Of a stretch of DNA of 64,000 bases, positions 12,972 through 25,739 are shown piece after piece. The stretch covers positions 20,646,001 through 20,710,000 of the forward strand of contig NC_043000.1 in assembly GCF_006345805.1 (NCBI RefSeq), read 5' to 3'. Origin of the DNA: Octopus sinensis. Its lineage: Eukaryota. The position numbers were made by a program, and so were the translations under genes. Every line of letters starts with the position of its first letter. The stretch's first letter is position 1. Below the pieces are notes generated by a model. It was not told where the DNA came from. It saw only the letters and a program-made list of their open reading frames with translations, and did no database searches.

Positions 12972-13904
12972 TGGGGTTTATTTCCACACATAAAAGAATA
13001 AAAGAGAGTCAGTTTGTGGGGTTGAAAATGAACTTGAGTTTTAAAATGAATTGTAGTTTTTAAGTTTTTTGATAAATTTCTTAAAATACTACTCTTACTC
13101 TGTTACTCTTTTACTTGTTTCAGTCATTTGACTGCGGCCATGCTGGAGCACCGCCTTTAGTCGAGCAAATCGACCCCGGGACTTATTCTTTGTAAGCCCA
13201 GTACTTATTCTATCGGTCTCTTTTGCCGAACCGCTAAGTGACGGGGACGTAAACACACCAGCATCGGTTGTCAAGCAATGCTAGGGGGACAAACACAGAC
13301 ACACAAACATACATACACGCACACACATATATATATACATATATACGACAGGCTTCTTTCAGTTTCCGTCTACCAAATCCACTCACAAGGCATTGGTTGG
13401 CCCAGGGCTATAGCAGAAGACACTTGCCCAAGATGCTACGCAGTGGGACTGAACCCGGAACCATGTGGTTGGTTAGCAAGCTACTTACCACACAGCCACT
13501 CCTGCGCCACTCCACGCAGCCACTCCTGCGCCACTACACCGGTATTTCATTTTTCTTTTCTTTTCTTTTTTCTTTTTTCAATGGTAAATTAAAAAAACAT
13601 TGCAAAGAAGTTGGAGAGACAGGAGAAAATTCGATGAAACCTGCTTTAAAAAAAGCCAACAAATGTTCATACAATTTCAAGTATTCAATAATAGAATATA
13701 ATAAGAGTTCGAATGTTCGATAAACTTCATAACAATAATGCATGATTGAAAGTTCGTGGGTTTCGAAGCAATAACTTATATTAATTAGATACGATGAAAC
13801 TAGAAAAACATTACTTTTTCTTATTTCTTTATTGCCCACAAGGGGCTAGACATAGAGGGGGCAAACAGGACAGACAAAGGGACTAAGTCGATTACGTCGA
13901 CCCA

Positions 13905-14866
13905 GATATTTGTCGAGATAACTTTCAAAAGTGAATTGTTAATGGTTTCAAATTTTGCCAGAAGGGCAGACATTTTGGGGGATGGGATAAGTCGATTACT
14001 TCGACCCCAGTGTTTCACTGGTACTTAATTTATCGACCCCGAAAGGATGAAAGACAAAGTTGACCGCAGCGGAATTTGAACTCAGATTGTAGCGACAGAC
14101 GAAATACCTATTTCTATTATTTTACTACCCATAAGGGGCTAAACACAGAGAGGACAAACAAGGACAGACAAACGGATTAAGTCGATTATATCGACTCCAG
14201 TGCGTAACTGGTACTTATTTAATCGACCCCGAAAGGATGAAAGGCAAAGTCGACCTCGGCGGAATTTGAACTCAGAACGTAGCGGCAGACGAAATACCGC
14301 TAAGCGGTTCGCCCGGCGCGCTAACGTTTCTGCCAGCTTACCGCCTTATGCAACCAAGTATTTTAAGAGCATTATAAACCATTATTGTGCCCCGCCTATG
14401 TTAGCAGTATTATTAATTCGCTTTGGAATGTGGAGAGCTGGCAGAATCGTTAGAGCACTGGACGAAATGCTTAGCGGTATTTCATCTGTCTACGTTCTGA
14501 GTTCAAATTCCGCCGAGGTCGACTTTACCTTTCATCCTTTCGGGGTCGATTAAATAAGTACCAGTTACGCACTGGGTCGATATAATCGACTTAATCCGTT
14601 TGTCTGTCCTTGTTTGTCCTCTCTGTGTTTAGCCCCTTATGTGTAGTAAAGAAATAGAAATAGGTATTTCGTCTGTTGCTACATTCTGAGTTCAAATTCC
14701 GCCGAGATCAACCTTGCCTTTCATCCTTTCGGAGTCAATAAATTAAGTACCAGTGAAACACTGGGGTCGAAGTAACCAACTTATCCCATCCCCCAAAATG
14801 TCTGCCCTTATGGCAAAATTTGAAACCATTATCAATTCACTTTTGAAAGTTATCTCGACAAATATC
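13905..14866. repeat. About 960-bp inverted duplication of nested SINE-C copies plus unique flank
   Basis: Arms 13905-14338 and 14436-14866 share the same nested junctions and the non-SINE end gatatttgtcgagataactttcaaaagtgaattg. Confidence 0.85.
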
Positions 14867-15264
14867 CTGTAACGGTTTTTAAGATACAGGTCAAGTCCTG
14901 ACCAGTTATAAACTCAATGAAGTCAATTGTTTCCGCCCACCTGTGGATCAGAATTCTGGTTGGCCACTGTCTCAATACGTCATACGTTTCTGGGGATGTT
15001 CTAGTCACATAATCTAGTTTGGCAATGGTTCAGTGTTCTGGTTGGTTAACTTCTTGGTGATAACATTTGTTTATCAACTGTTTTGATCATTTGTTTTTGT
15101 CCACTAGTGGTCCGCTGTTCTGGTTAGTTGATCTTCTACTTACGTCATTTATTTTTCTTATGTCTCAGTCAGCTGAATGTTTATTTCTTATTTCTGGGAG
15201 TCCTGCTTAGACCATAAATAAAATCTAACTGGTTAATCCTAAGGTGACGCATAAGATGTAATTA

Positions 15265-16250
15265 CACAATGTAACACATGTTTTGTTTATCTGTATTTTT
15301 TAATGTTCATATATGCATTTTTTGCCACTAAATTCAAAAATCACATTCATTTTGACGTAACATCGATAGTTATTTATTTATTCCTAATTTCATATTTGCT
15401 CGTTATATTTGTAACTTTTCTCTACAGCACTTTGTATTGTAAGGATAATTACACAACATTTAGTACTTTTTCATATATTGAAAGGTATTTAGGAAGTATA
15501 ATATTAGTTAGAACAAAAAGAAACAATAAAACTCTGCACTGTAAATGCCTTGTTAACTTTTTTCTTAACATGAGAAGTGATTTGACGATCGAGATTTTCT
15601 GGAGTGTATACCTTCATCCTTTCTGACTAGAGACCATATATGGTCATCATAGCATCATAGCAGTATCCCATCGTCCTTGGTATCTTCTTTCCATAGTTGC
15701 AATGTCCTGATGAAATCTTTCACCATGATCCTCACTTCATGGCGTTTCCAGTACACAGATGTCTTGCAGTCTTCCCGCAGTAGATTCCATTCCTTCAACC
15801 TTGATGAAAGAAGTTCAGCTCCTGATTTAGTAAAACCCAGATCCCTGATTAAATCATCTAGCTCACTCTGATTTGGAAAGTGAAGCTCTGAAGTCGTTCT
15901 TGGTACGAAAGCTTCCTCCATTTCTTGGTTGGTGCTACTTGTTGACTCTTCAGATGAAATATTTTCTGGTAGTAGTGGTACTCGTAAACTGTCATCATGT
16001 GAGACAGGTGCTCTAGATGATGGTATGTCTGGATACTGAAGAGTTTGTCTTCTTTTCACTTTTCTGTACTTTGTCACATTGATCATACAAAAGTAACAGT
16101 CATCGTGATGGTTCTTTGGCTCTCTGCATACCCTTGGAATGGCAAAAGGCATTGACCTTCCTGTACCTCTTAACCATCCTTCTAGAGTAGACCGACAGTA
16201 AAGTGTTCCCAATACAATGATCTGAAGGGAAAACTTCAGGTGCCAATATG
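15265..16250 (-). mobile_element. Internally deleted DNA transposon, Chapaev3-like (CMC/Transib group)
   Basis: N-terminal PFAIPRVCREPKNHHDDCYFC...ELDDLIRDLGFTKSGAELLSSRLKEWNLL is fused in another frame to C-terminal SEDHGERFHQDIATMERRYQGRWD. The element ends ...ATTGTG (CAC terminus) next to TTA. Superfamily assignment is from memory. Confidence 0.65.
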
Positions 16251-16329
16251 TGTGTATGTATGTATGTATGTATGTATGTATGTATGTATGTATGTATGTA
16301 TGTCTCTTCTATTTTTTAATTATTATAAA

Positions 16330-16680
16330 TCTCCCACTGAGGAGGGAGCCGGTTTCCAACAAAGATACAAGGCTCCATATCTGGGATGTAGTTAACACTG
16401 ACAAATTCACATTTGGTACTTGAGAAAAGTCTTGCACATTTTTACTGTTCCACTCACAGATTGCACTTGTTATGTACGAATTAGCCTGTCGATAATCCCA
16501 GTTTATCCAGATTCTCCTCTAAGCATTTACTAACGAAAACTAGTGCTCCAATTATTATTGGTATGAATATGAATTCATAGTCTGGATATAGAAGCTGGAG
16601 GTTTCGAAGCAGTTGTCCATATATATCCTCTTTATCTTTGATTAACAAAGAGATATTTATATCTGCAGGGCAATGCATGT
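16330..16680 (-). mobile_element. 3' fragment of a restriction-like-endonuclease non-LTR retrotransposon (R4/NeSL-like)
   Basis: KEDIYGQLLRNLQLLYPDYEFIFIPIIIGALVFVSKCLEENLDKLG resembles the REL C-terminal PIVIGALG motif. The same tail occurs at 61800-62085. Confidence 0.55.
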
Positions 16681-16682
16681 AT

Positions 16683-16723
<41 letters not shown>

Positions 16724-17095
16724 GAAGGCGTGTGGCTTAGTGATTAGAGCATTCAACTCATGACTGTAGGATCTGAGTTCGATTCCCTACGGCGCATTCT
16801 GTCCGTGAGCAAGACACTTCATTTCCCGTTTCTCCAGTTCACTCAGCTGACAAAAATGAATTAAACTTATAAAATCCGTTTAGAAGCTCTCTAAGCTCTT
16901 CTTTATCCATTGCTCTGGTTTTCTGCCTCATCCTGCCTTCCACTTCCAGTTCTTGGCTAAGCTGTTACCATTCCTGGAAGAATGCCCAGCTGTAAAAACA
17001 CTAACTTCAAAAGTATGCAAATGTCGAAATTTTCAGACTCTGTCCACTCTGATACTCGAATGGAAAAGTAAATTTAAAATACGAAGATTGTGTTA

Positions 17096-17117
17096 CTCTT
17101 TGTGTGTGTGTGTGTGT

Positions 17118-17157
<40 letters not shown>

Positions 17158-17376
17158 TGTGTGTGCGCGCGCGTGTGTGTGTGAGTGTATGTGCGTGCGA
17201 GAGAGAGAGAGCATGTATGTATGTATGTATGTATGTATGTATGTATGTGTGTATGTGTGTATGTATGTATGTGTGTATGTATGTATGTATGTATGTATGC
17301 ATGTCCACACACGCGTATTTAAAAATTGTCGCTTCAAATCGGAGAATATATACTATGATATATTATTATACAGTGA

Positions 17377-17438
<62 letters not shown>
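17096..17438. repeat. (TG)n/(AG)n/(TATG)n compound microsatellite
   Basis: Visible directly. Confidence 0.9.
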
Positions 17439-17444
<6 letters not shown>

Positions 17445-17462
17445 TATAATTAGGGTGGAAAT

Positions 17463-17542
17463 CGCAGCCAAAACTTGACTCTAAAATCACATTATATATA
17501 CATGAACATTTAATGTGGTTTTAGAGTCAAGTTTTGGCTGCG
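17463..17542. repeat. Hairpin, 32-bp arms, 16-nt loop
   Basis: cgcagccaaaacttgactctaaaatcacatta / taatgtggttttagagtcaagttttggctgcg (one G:T). Confidence 0.85.
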
Positions 17543-17559
17543 TTCCAACGTAGGTGGTA

Positions 17560-17672
17560 TCTCTTAGATACCCTAAATTATAATTTTAATTATAATTATT
17601 ACTTTGAAGGTTTTTATTCCCATGTTAGCCACCTTTATAGATCAGTATTTAAATAAAGATCTTATCCTTACC

Positions 17673-17703
<31 letters not shown>

Positions 17704-18245
17704 ATATATATACTATATATTCAAAAAGCAATAAGATTCAAGTTAATTTAAATGAATTTACTTGAATATGGTACCTAACTTAGATGCACCAAAAAAAACT
17801 ATACTGTTTTAACAATACAGTAATGGGGGTGATTATAAGCGAGAAAGAAGCAACAAGAATGGATAGGTATTAGTACAATCGTTTCATACAAGGAAGGCTT
17901 TATTAAAAGTTGCAAAAATTACAGCATATAAACGTGTCCCGTACTCATCAGCTAAAATACATGTGAGTTCTCTAGACATCCTAGTGGTTGAGGCTATACT
18001 CATGAAGTAATGTAGATAATTAAGTAACATAAACAGATTTCCAAAGTTCATTAAAGTTCTTTAAAGATGATGTACAGTCTTATCACAGAATTTTAAAAAA
18101 GTTTCAATAGCATCACAGAGAAGGTGACCTAATCCATAGTGCACATATGAATTTCCAGAGATATGATGAGGGATTACATACTCACAGAAGACAAATTTAT
18201 CCATGTTAATCACAACGAGGTGGGTCTCAATTCCTGCTTATTAGC
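17560..18245 (-). mobile_element. Probable Penelope-like terminal (pLTR) fragment carrying the 17867 hammerhead
   Basis: Hammerhead core preceded by a weak endonuclease-end-like stretch (ELRPT). Boundaries approximate. Confidence 0.4.
17867..17960 (-). ncRNA. Type I hammerhead ribozyme motif (Penelope-associated type)
   Basis: Minus strand: GTATTTTAG-CTGATGA-GTACGGG...CCTTGTAT-GAAAC-GATT-GTA-CTAATAC. Core complete. Stem I CTAA/TTAG + TAC/GTA, 7-bp stem II with wobbles, 2-bp stem III, GUA triplet. Confidence 0.7.
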
Positions 18246-18560
18246 ATTATATATATATTATATATATATAATATATATATATATATATGTATGTGTGTGT
18301 TTGTGTGTAGGTATATATATGTATGTATGTAGGTATGTATGTATGTTTATATATTATATTATATAATAATATATATATATATATATTATATAGGCGCAGG
18401 AGTAGCTGTGTGGTAAGTAGCTTGCTTATCAACCACATGCTTCCAGATTCAGTCCCACTGCGTGGACACCTTGGGCAAGTGTCTTCTATTAAGCCTCGGG
18501 CCGACCAAAGCCTTGTGAGTGGATTTGGTAGACGGAACGGAAACTGGAAGAAAGCCGTCG

Positions 18561-18597
<37 letters not shown>

Positions 18598-18871
18598 TGT
18601 GTTTGTGTGGGTGTGTGTGTCTTTGTGTGTCTTTGTTTGTCCCCTCAACATCGCTTGACAACCGATGCTGGTGTTGTTGACGTCCCCGTAACTTAGCAGT
18701 TCAGCAAAAGAGACCGATAGAATGAGTACTGGGGTCGATTTGCTCGACTAAAGTCGGTGCTCCAACATGGCCGCAGTCAAATGACTGAAACAATTAAAAG
18801 AGTATATATATATAGATATCGTCACTTTATCTTTGAGTGCGCACTCGTAGTCATTTGCAACCTGTATATAA

Positions 18872-18913
<42 letters not shown>

Positions 18914-20480
18914 TCTGTATATATTCATTCATATAGATAATACAGTTGTTTGCAATGCATACATGCATCTGTACATTATATATATATATATATATAAGCA
19001 TTTGTCCATACACACATAAGTACATATATCATCAACATTAACGTCCGTTTTCCATTTGTGTGTTTATATAAACATATATACACACACGTGCATAAATGTA
19101 TGTATGTGAATACACTTGTTTTTCTTTTATTTACACATGAAGCTGTTTTCATTTCGCCGTTTCCGTATATAAAACACGCAGTTGATTTATGTGTGTGAAT
19201 TCAAATGTGTGTCTATGTATGTATGTATGTATGTATGTATGTGTGTGTAAATATGTGTATTCATGTGTATGTGTTTAAGAATATACTGTTGTGTGTGTGT
19301 GTTGTATGTTTCATTTAAGGATTTATCTTTATATTTTAATTTCCTCCTCATCACCACCATCACACACTATCACAATCGCCGCCACCATCGCCACAATCAC
19401 TACCACCCCAACCACCACCACCACCACCACCCCACCACCCCCCAACAGTCACCTATTGGTTCTGTCTGTATACTTTCGAAGAAATCTGATAACACATTTC
19501 ATGCTGGAATTTTGTGAAAGGCTGGACTATTTGTCAAAGGACTCCCTTCAGTTCTACCAAAATTTGATACTGTTTACGATTTAGTTACAAATTTGATTTG
19601 TCAGTTTTTGGCACACCTCAACATTCCAAAAAACATCCCTATATTTAGGCTGACTTGAAGAAGTCTGAAAACCAGTAATCTCTCCAAGAACTAACTGGAC
19701 AAGCCACACACTAAATTATTTATCAATATCATTTATTTTGTCCCATTTTTCAATTTAGCAGATAGCTTTTTTTTTTAATTCAATCATTTTCACAAATACA
19801 GTTTCTGAAAACTTATAATTTTCTGAAACTCTATTATATCTAAATAATTCCTTTTGAAAAAGAATACACCCACACACACACATACACACATACATACACA
19901 CACACAGACATACAGATACACATTTCAAAAGACACAGACAGGTGAAACATTTTAACAGAAATACAGATATTGGCAAGAAGAAATAACCAAAGACATTATC
20001 AAAATTACAACAAATTTAAAATATATGGAGAAATTTGAAAATTTAAAAACGGATATTTCAAAAATAAATTCATATTAACCAAAATATACGTAAGTAATTT
20101 TTTTATTTTTATTCAACTATTTATATATTCCCTGGGGTTGTTAAACAGTACTTTGGTTAATTTGCTATCTTTGGATTCTAATTTCAATTATTTGGACAGG
20201 GAGATATTTTATAAGAATTTCATTATTACTTTTTACGACTTCAATTTTTTACAGAAACGTAAATGTTGTTTTATCATTAGGTAGACATAGCCTATAGCTA
20301 CTGTGTGTTTTTTTAATTTTTATCTTGGTAGATGCAAAACATTTTTGTTTCTAATCAGATGCATTACTTGTGGATTATTATATTAAAAATAATGGATTGG
20401 TTTTGAACAACCAATTTATATAGTTTGAGTTCAATTCTAATGCCAGCATTTGATTACACTCATCGTTTAACATCCGCTTT

Positions 20481-20689
20481 CCATGCTAGCATGGGTTGGA
20501 CGATTTGACTGAGGTCTGATTTGACCATGCTGGCATGGGTTGGACGATTTGACTGAGGTCCGATTTGACCATGCTGGCATGGGTTGGACGATTTGACTGA
20601 GGTCTGATTTGGCCATGCTGGCATGGGTTGGACGATTTGACTGAGGTCTGATTTGACCATGCTGGCATGGGTTGGACGATTTGACTGAG
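20481..20689. repeat. 44-bp minisatellite, about 4.75 copies, inside a family D element
   Basis: Unit ccatgctggcatgggttggacgatttgactgaggtctgatttga starts at 20481, 20525, 20569, 20613 and 20657. Confidence 0.95.
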
Positions 20690-21453
20690 ACTCCAATCTG
20701 ATCTGGCAGAGTTTCTACAGCTGGATGCCCTTCCTAACGCCAACCACTCTGAGAGTATAGTGGGTGCTTTTACGTGCCACCGGCACGAGGGCCAGTTAGG
20801 TGGTACTGGCAACGACCACGCTCAAATGGTGCTTTTTATGTGCCACCTGCACAGGAGCCAGGTCAGTGGCACTGACAACGACCTCGCTCGAATCTTTTTT
20901 CACATGCCACCAGCACAAGTGCTACAAAATTTCTTTTTTTTTTTTTTGTCTTTGGTCTGTAAGTGTTATTGCCAATTTGCTTCTATCTAAAAATCAAAGG
21001 AAATGGCTATAATTCCTTTGAAACCTTGATTTTGTGACTTGGTCATCAACGTTGTGAAACTGACCTATTTTTCCATTACGTTTCAGACAGATTCAGCACT
21101 GAGTTGCTGAAGCAGAAATATCATTATAGAAAATATTCTGCTCAATACTACAGATTTGCTTGCCAGTTGCTTAACCCGTAACCACTTAAGCATGTCCATT
21201 AGTGGCTGACAATATGTGCATCTCTGATCATGAGCAAGAGTAGTGGGGGAGCATCGTAGCCATATGTTTTGACAGGGATTGTCTGGGGCTTGAATAAATA
21301 TAAGAAAAACAATGTTTGAAGTAAATATTAGCCCTTTTTCATACATTCTAGGGGTAAGCAAATAAGATATAACAGTTGCTACCCAAGGACGAAAATCGTG
21401 TCACACAGTGTTACATGTTGATTGTGATTTATTTGGTTGTAAATCTAATTATG

Positions 21454-21690
21454 TGGAGGCGCGCGGCTTAGTGGTTAGGGTGTCAGCATCATGATCATAA
21501 GATTGTTGTTTCAATTCCAGGACTGGGCGACGCGCTGTGTTCTTGAGAAAAGCACTTCATTTCACATTTCTCCAGTCCACTCAGCTGGCAAAAATGAGTA
21601 ACGCTGCGATAGATTGGTGTCCCGTCCAGCTGGGGAACACATACACCATTGAAACCGGGAAACCGGGCCCATGAGCCTGGCTAGGCTTTA
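21454..21690 (+). mobile_element. tRNA-derived SINE, family A3 (others about 16721-16860, 30938-31070, 46324-46565, 52621-52945, and 52165-52490 on minus)
   Basis: GTGGAGGCGCGCGGCTTAGTGGTTAGG head and shared ...ccagtccactcagctggcaaaaatgag core. Confidence 0.75.
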
Positions 21691-22044
21691 AAAGGGCGCA
21701 TTTATTTTTTTTAAATCTAATTATATGTCTTACTTTACCTGGTTAAATCTAATTATATGTCTTACTTTACCAGGAAGAAAGCAAGCTGTCAGAATCGTTA
21801 GGGTGTTGGACAAAGTGCTTAATGACATTTCCTCTGACTCTTTACATTCGGGGTTCAAATTCCACTGAGATCAACTTTGTCTTTCATCCTTTGATAAACT
21901 GCCTATCAAATACTGGAGTTGATGCTACCAACTTGCACCTGCCCCTCAAATTGCTGGCTTTGTAGCAAAATTAGAAAGGATTATTTAAACCCAGTCACTC
22001 TTGAGCAAACTGGTTTTTGACTAAAGGTATTCCAGTCATGAACC

Positions 22045-22075
22045 TCCTGTCTTATATATATATATATATAATATA

Positions 22076-22107
<32 letters not shown>

Positions 22108-22199
22108 TCATATATATATATATATATTCATATATATATTATTCTATATATATTCATATTATATATATATAGATATATATATTCATATATATATATATA

Positions 22200-22237
<38 letters not shown>

Positions 22238-22348
22238 TATATATATATTCATATATATATATTATTATATATTATATATATATATATATATATAACATAT
22301 ATACATACATACATACATATATATGTATATATATATACATATATATAC
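22045..22348. repeat. (TA)n microsatellite
   Basis: Visible directly. Confidence 0.95.
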
Positions 22349-24246
22349 GATGGGCTTCTTACAGTTTCCATCTACCATATCCACTCACAAGGCTTTGGTT
22401 GGCCCGAGGCTATAGTAGAAGACACTTACCCAAGGTGCCATGCAGTGGGACTGACCCAGAACCATGTGGTTGGGAAGCAAGCTTCTTATCACACAGCCAC
22501 GCCTGCGCCTGTAGAATTCTAACTGCCAGCTCATCTCCTGTGACAACTTGATAAATTTGAAATAATTTTATTCAATACATTTTTCCTGAATACCTTTCGA
22601 TAATTTTGTTTTGACGTTCTTCATTATCACTTTTAATTATAATTTCGAGAATTTATAATTGTCATTTTCTTTTTTTATTATGATAAAAATTTATGTTAAA
22701 TATTTCAATATTTCATTTATCTTTTCTTTCCAACAAATTTAATCAATTTTCTTTATTATTTAATTACAATTCTAAATGGTTTCGTTTTATCTGGAAATAT
22801 ATTTGATTGTCCACAATTAACATTTTAATTAGTCTTTAAGCAGAATCATTTAGAATGACAGACAAAATGCCTTGCAGTGTTTAGTTACATACAACTACTT
22901 GATTCTGAGTTCAAATGCCACTAATGTTGACCTTGCGTTTCGTTTTTCCTCTGGTCTACGACATTCAGTCTTTTTAGCTTTCTTTCAATCAAAACCTTTC
23001 CATTCTTCGTAGTCCTTTATGCTACAGTGGCCTCAAGCCTTGTTTGGGACAGAATCGTATCAAAAATCGTTTGATACGATACAGAACCAGTCAAGTACTG
23101 GCTCTGATTTTAAGTGATTACACTTTGCTTCAAAATTAATGGCCTTGCGCTAATGTTAGAATTCAATACATTAATCTGTTTTTTATATTTGTTTTAACCA
23201 ATAGGCTGTGGCCATGCTGGGGGACTGCTTGAAGAATTTTTGTTTAATTGAATGAATTGACCCCATTATTTTTTGTTTATTAAGCCTGGTACTTATTCTA
23301 TCAGTTACTTTTGCTGAACCACTAAGTTGCGGGGGATGTAAACACACCAACACCGGTTGCTAAGCAGTGACGGGAGACAAACACACACACACACACACAC
23401 ACACCCTCACATATATATAGAGAGAGAATGGAGTTTTTTTCAGTTTCCATTTACCAAACCCACTCACAAGGCTTTAGCTGGCCTGAGGCTACAGTAGAAG
23501 GCAGCTTGTCCAAGGTGTCACACAGTGGGACCGAACTTGGAACCATGTGGTTGGGAAGCAAACTTCTTACCACACAGTCATGCCTGCACCCATTAATATG
23601 TATTTAAATCTGAAGTTGATTTGAAGTCTATCTGAATATGATATTCCATCATGGTGACATCACGGTGGCTAAAAGAAACTAAAGAACTATTAATGAATTA
23701 ATAATTTATCAAATTCCCTAAACCAGTGTGTAGGGGTCGGGTTTTTTTTTGGCTTCGCTCAATAGTTTATTAACACTTGGGAGACAACAGCGTTGGTCTA
23801 TCAGCCGAAAAGTCAAATGACAAAGAAGATTATATTAGTTCATTCAATTTCCTACAAGAATATATGTAGCTTTATATATGTAAAGTAATTACTTTGTTTT
23901 TTTACAATTTTTGTTTTGAAAAATGGGTGCGTACTTTTTGTAGTGCTTGTGAAAAGGGTTCTGCCTTCTTGGCACTGAAACTCCAAATGAGGCTCCAACT
24001 CCAAAGGGTTAAAATGGCTAAAATGTGATTTTAGATACTCTTTTAATTGTTTCTGTCATTTGACTGCAGCCATGCTGGAGCACTGCCTTTAGTCGAGCAA
24101 ATCGACCCCAGGACTTATTCTTTGTAAGCCTGGTACTTATTCTGCCAGTCACTTTTTGCTGAACCACTAAGTTACGGGGATGTAAATACACCAGCATTGC
24201 TTGTCAGGCGATGGTGGGCGGGACAAACACAGACATACAAACATAT

Positions 24247-24353
<107 letters not shown>

Positions 24354-24361
24354 TATTTTAT

Positions 24362-24492
24362 TTTATTTTATAGAAGGAGCTTCTACAGGACTAGAACTGT
24401 TTCATTCAAATGAAATCAACAGGAAGCCTTCCTGATGATTTCATTTGAATGAAACAGTTCTAGTCCTGTAGAAGCTCCTTCTATAAAATAAA
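24362..24492. repeat. Near-perfect palindrome (57-bp perfect arms plus an inner CAGGAA/TTCCTG stem)
   Basis: 24362-24418 is the exact reverse complement of 24436-24492. Confidence 0.95.
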
Positions 24493-25739
24493 TTAATTTA
24501 CTCTGCTATGTATTGAGTACCTTATTTACTGTGGTTAACCCCGACTCAACCCGAGACCTACATATATATATATATATATATATACATATATACATATATA
24601 CGCCGGGCTTCTTTCAGTTTCCATCTACTAAATCTACTCACAACGCTTTGGTCGGCCTGAGGCTATAGTGGAAGACACTTGCCCAAGGTGCCACACGGTG
24701 GGACTGAACCTGGAACCATGTGGTTGATAAGCTAGCTACTTACCACACAGCCACTTCTGTGCCTTTGCTTTGGCACAATGATAGAAACATGTATGGCTTT
24801 GATTGGTACAGGCATAGCCGTGAGTTTAAGAAGTTTGCTTCCCAACCACATAGCATCAGGTTCAATTCCACTGTATGGTAATTTGGATAAGTGTCTTCCA
24901 TTATAGCCCTGGGCCAACCAAAACCTTGTGAATGGATTTGGTATATGAACACTGTGTATTTCAGTTAAATATATTATCCTAGTAGTTCTCAGCCATTTTT
25001 TGCCTATGAACCACTCAGACTCTTATTTTACTCTATTGGACCTTCATAGCCATTCAATGTTCTTATTATATTTTTATAATTAAATATTATTAGGAATTAT
25101 ATAAAAAAAATTGTTAGAATATTTCGTGAATTGTAGAAGTATAACCAATTTATTGCCGGCATGGCTGTGTGGTAAGAAGCTTGCTTTTCAACCACTTGGT
25201 TCTGGGTTCAGTTCCACTGCATGTCACCTTGGGCAATTGTCTTCTACTATAGCCTCAGGTCGACCAAAGCCTTGTGAGTGGATTTGGTAGACGGAAATTG
25301 AATGAAGTCCATCGTACATGTGTGTGTGTGTGTGTGTTTGTGTTTGTGCGTCTGAGTTTGTCCCCACCAGCATCGCTTAAAAACCGATGTTGGTGTGTTT
25401 CATCCCTGTAACCTAGTGGTTCGGTAAAAGAGACTGATAGAATAAGTACCCAGCTTACAAAGAATAAGTCCTAGAGTCGATTTGTTCGACTAAAGGCAGT
25501 GCTCCAGCATGGCTGCAGTCAAATAATGGAAACAAATAAAAGAAAAAAAAGAAAAGAAATTTTAAGGGGTAGGAGTGGCTGTGTGGTAAGTAGCCTGCTT
25601 ACGAACCACATGGTTCAGTCCTACTGCGTGGCAATTTGGGTAAGCGTCTTTTACTATAGCCTCGGGCTGATCAAAGCCTGGTGAGTGGATTTGGTAGACA
25701 GAAACTGAAAGAAGCCTGTCGTATATATGTATATATGTG

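Noticed and set aside
14868-15264. Possible solo LTR (TGTAAC start); similar impression at about 1712-2330
   Set aside because: I found no matching TSD, PBS, PPT or second copy.
15700-15720. CTGATGA at about 15707 as a hammerhead
   Set aside because: It is the reverse complement of the transposase FHQD codons and has no downstream GAAA-stem architecture.
20481-20689. CRISPR-like appearance of regular repeats
   Set aside because: Units are contiguous with no unique spacers, the genome is eukaryotic, and there are no cas genes.
21087-21182. Plus-strand acceptor followed by RFSTELLKQKYHYRKYSAQYYRFACQLLNP as a terminal exon
   Set aside because: No partner exons were found, and the stretch resembles an old SINE head as I recall it from octopus repeats.
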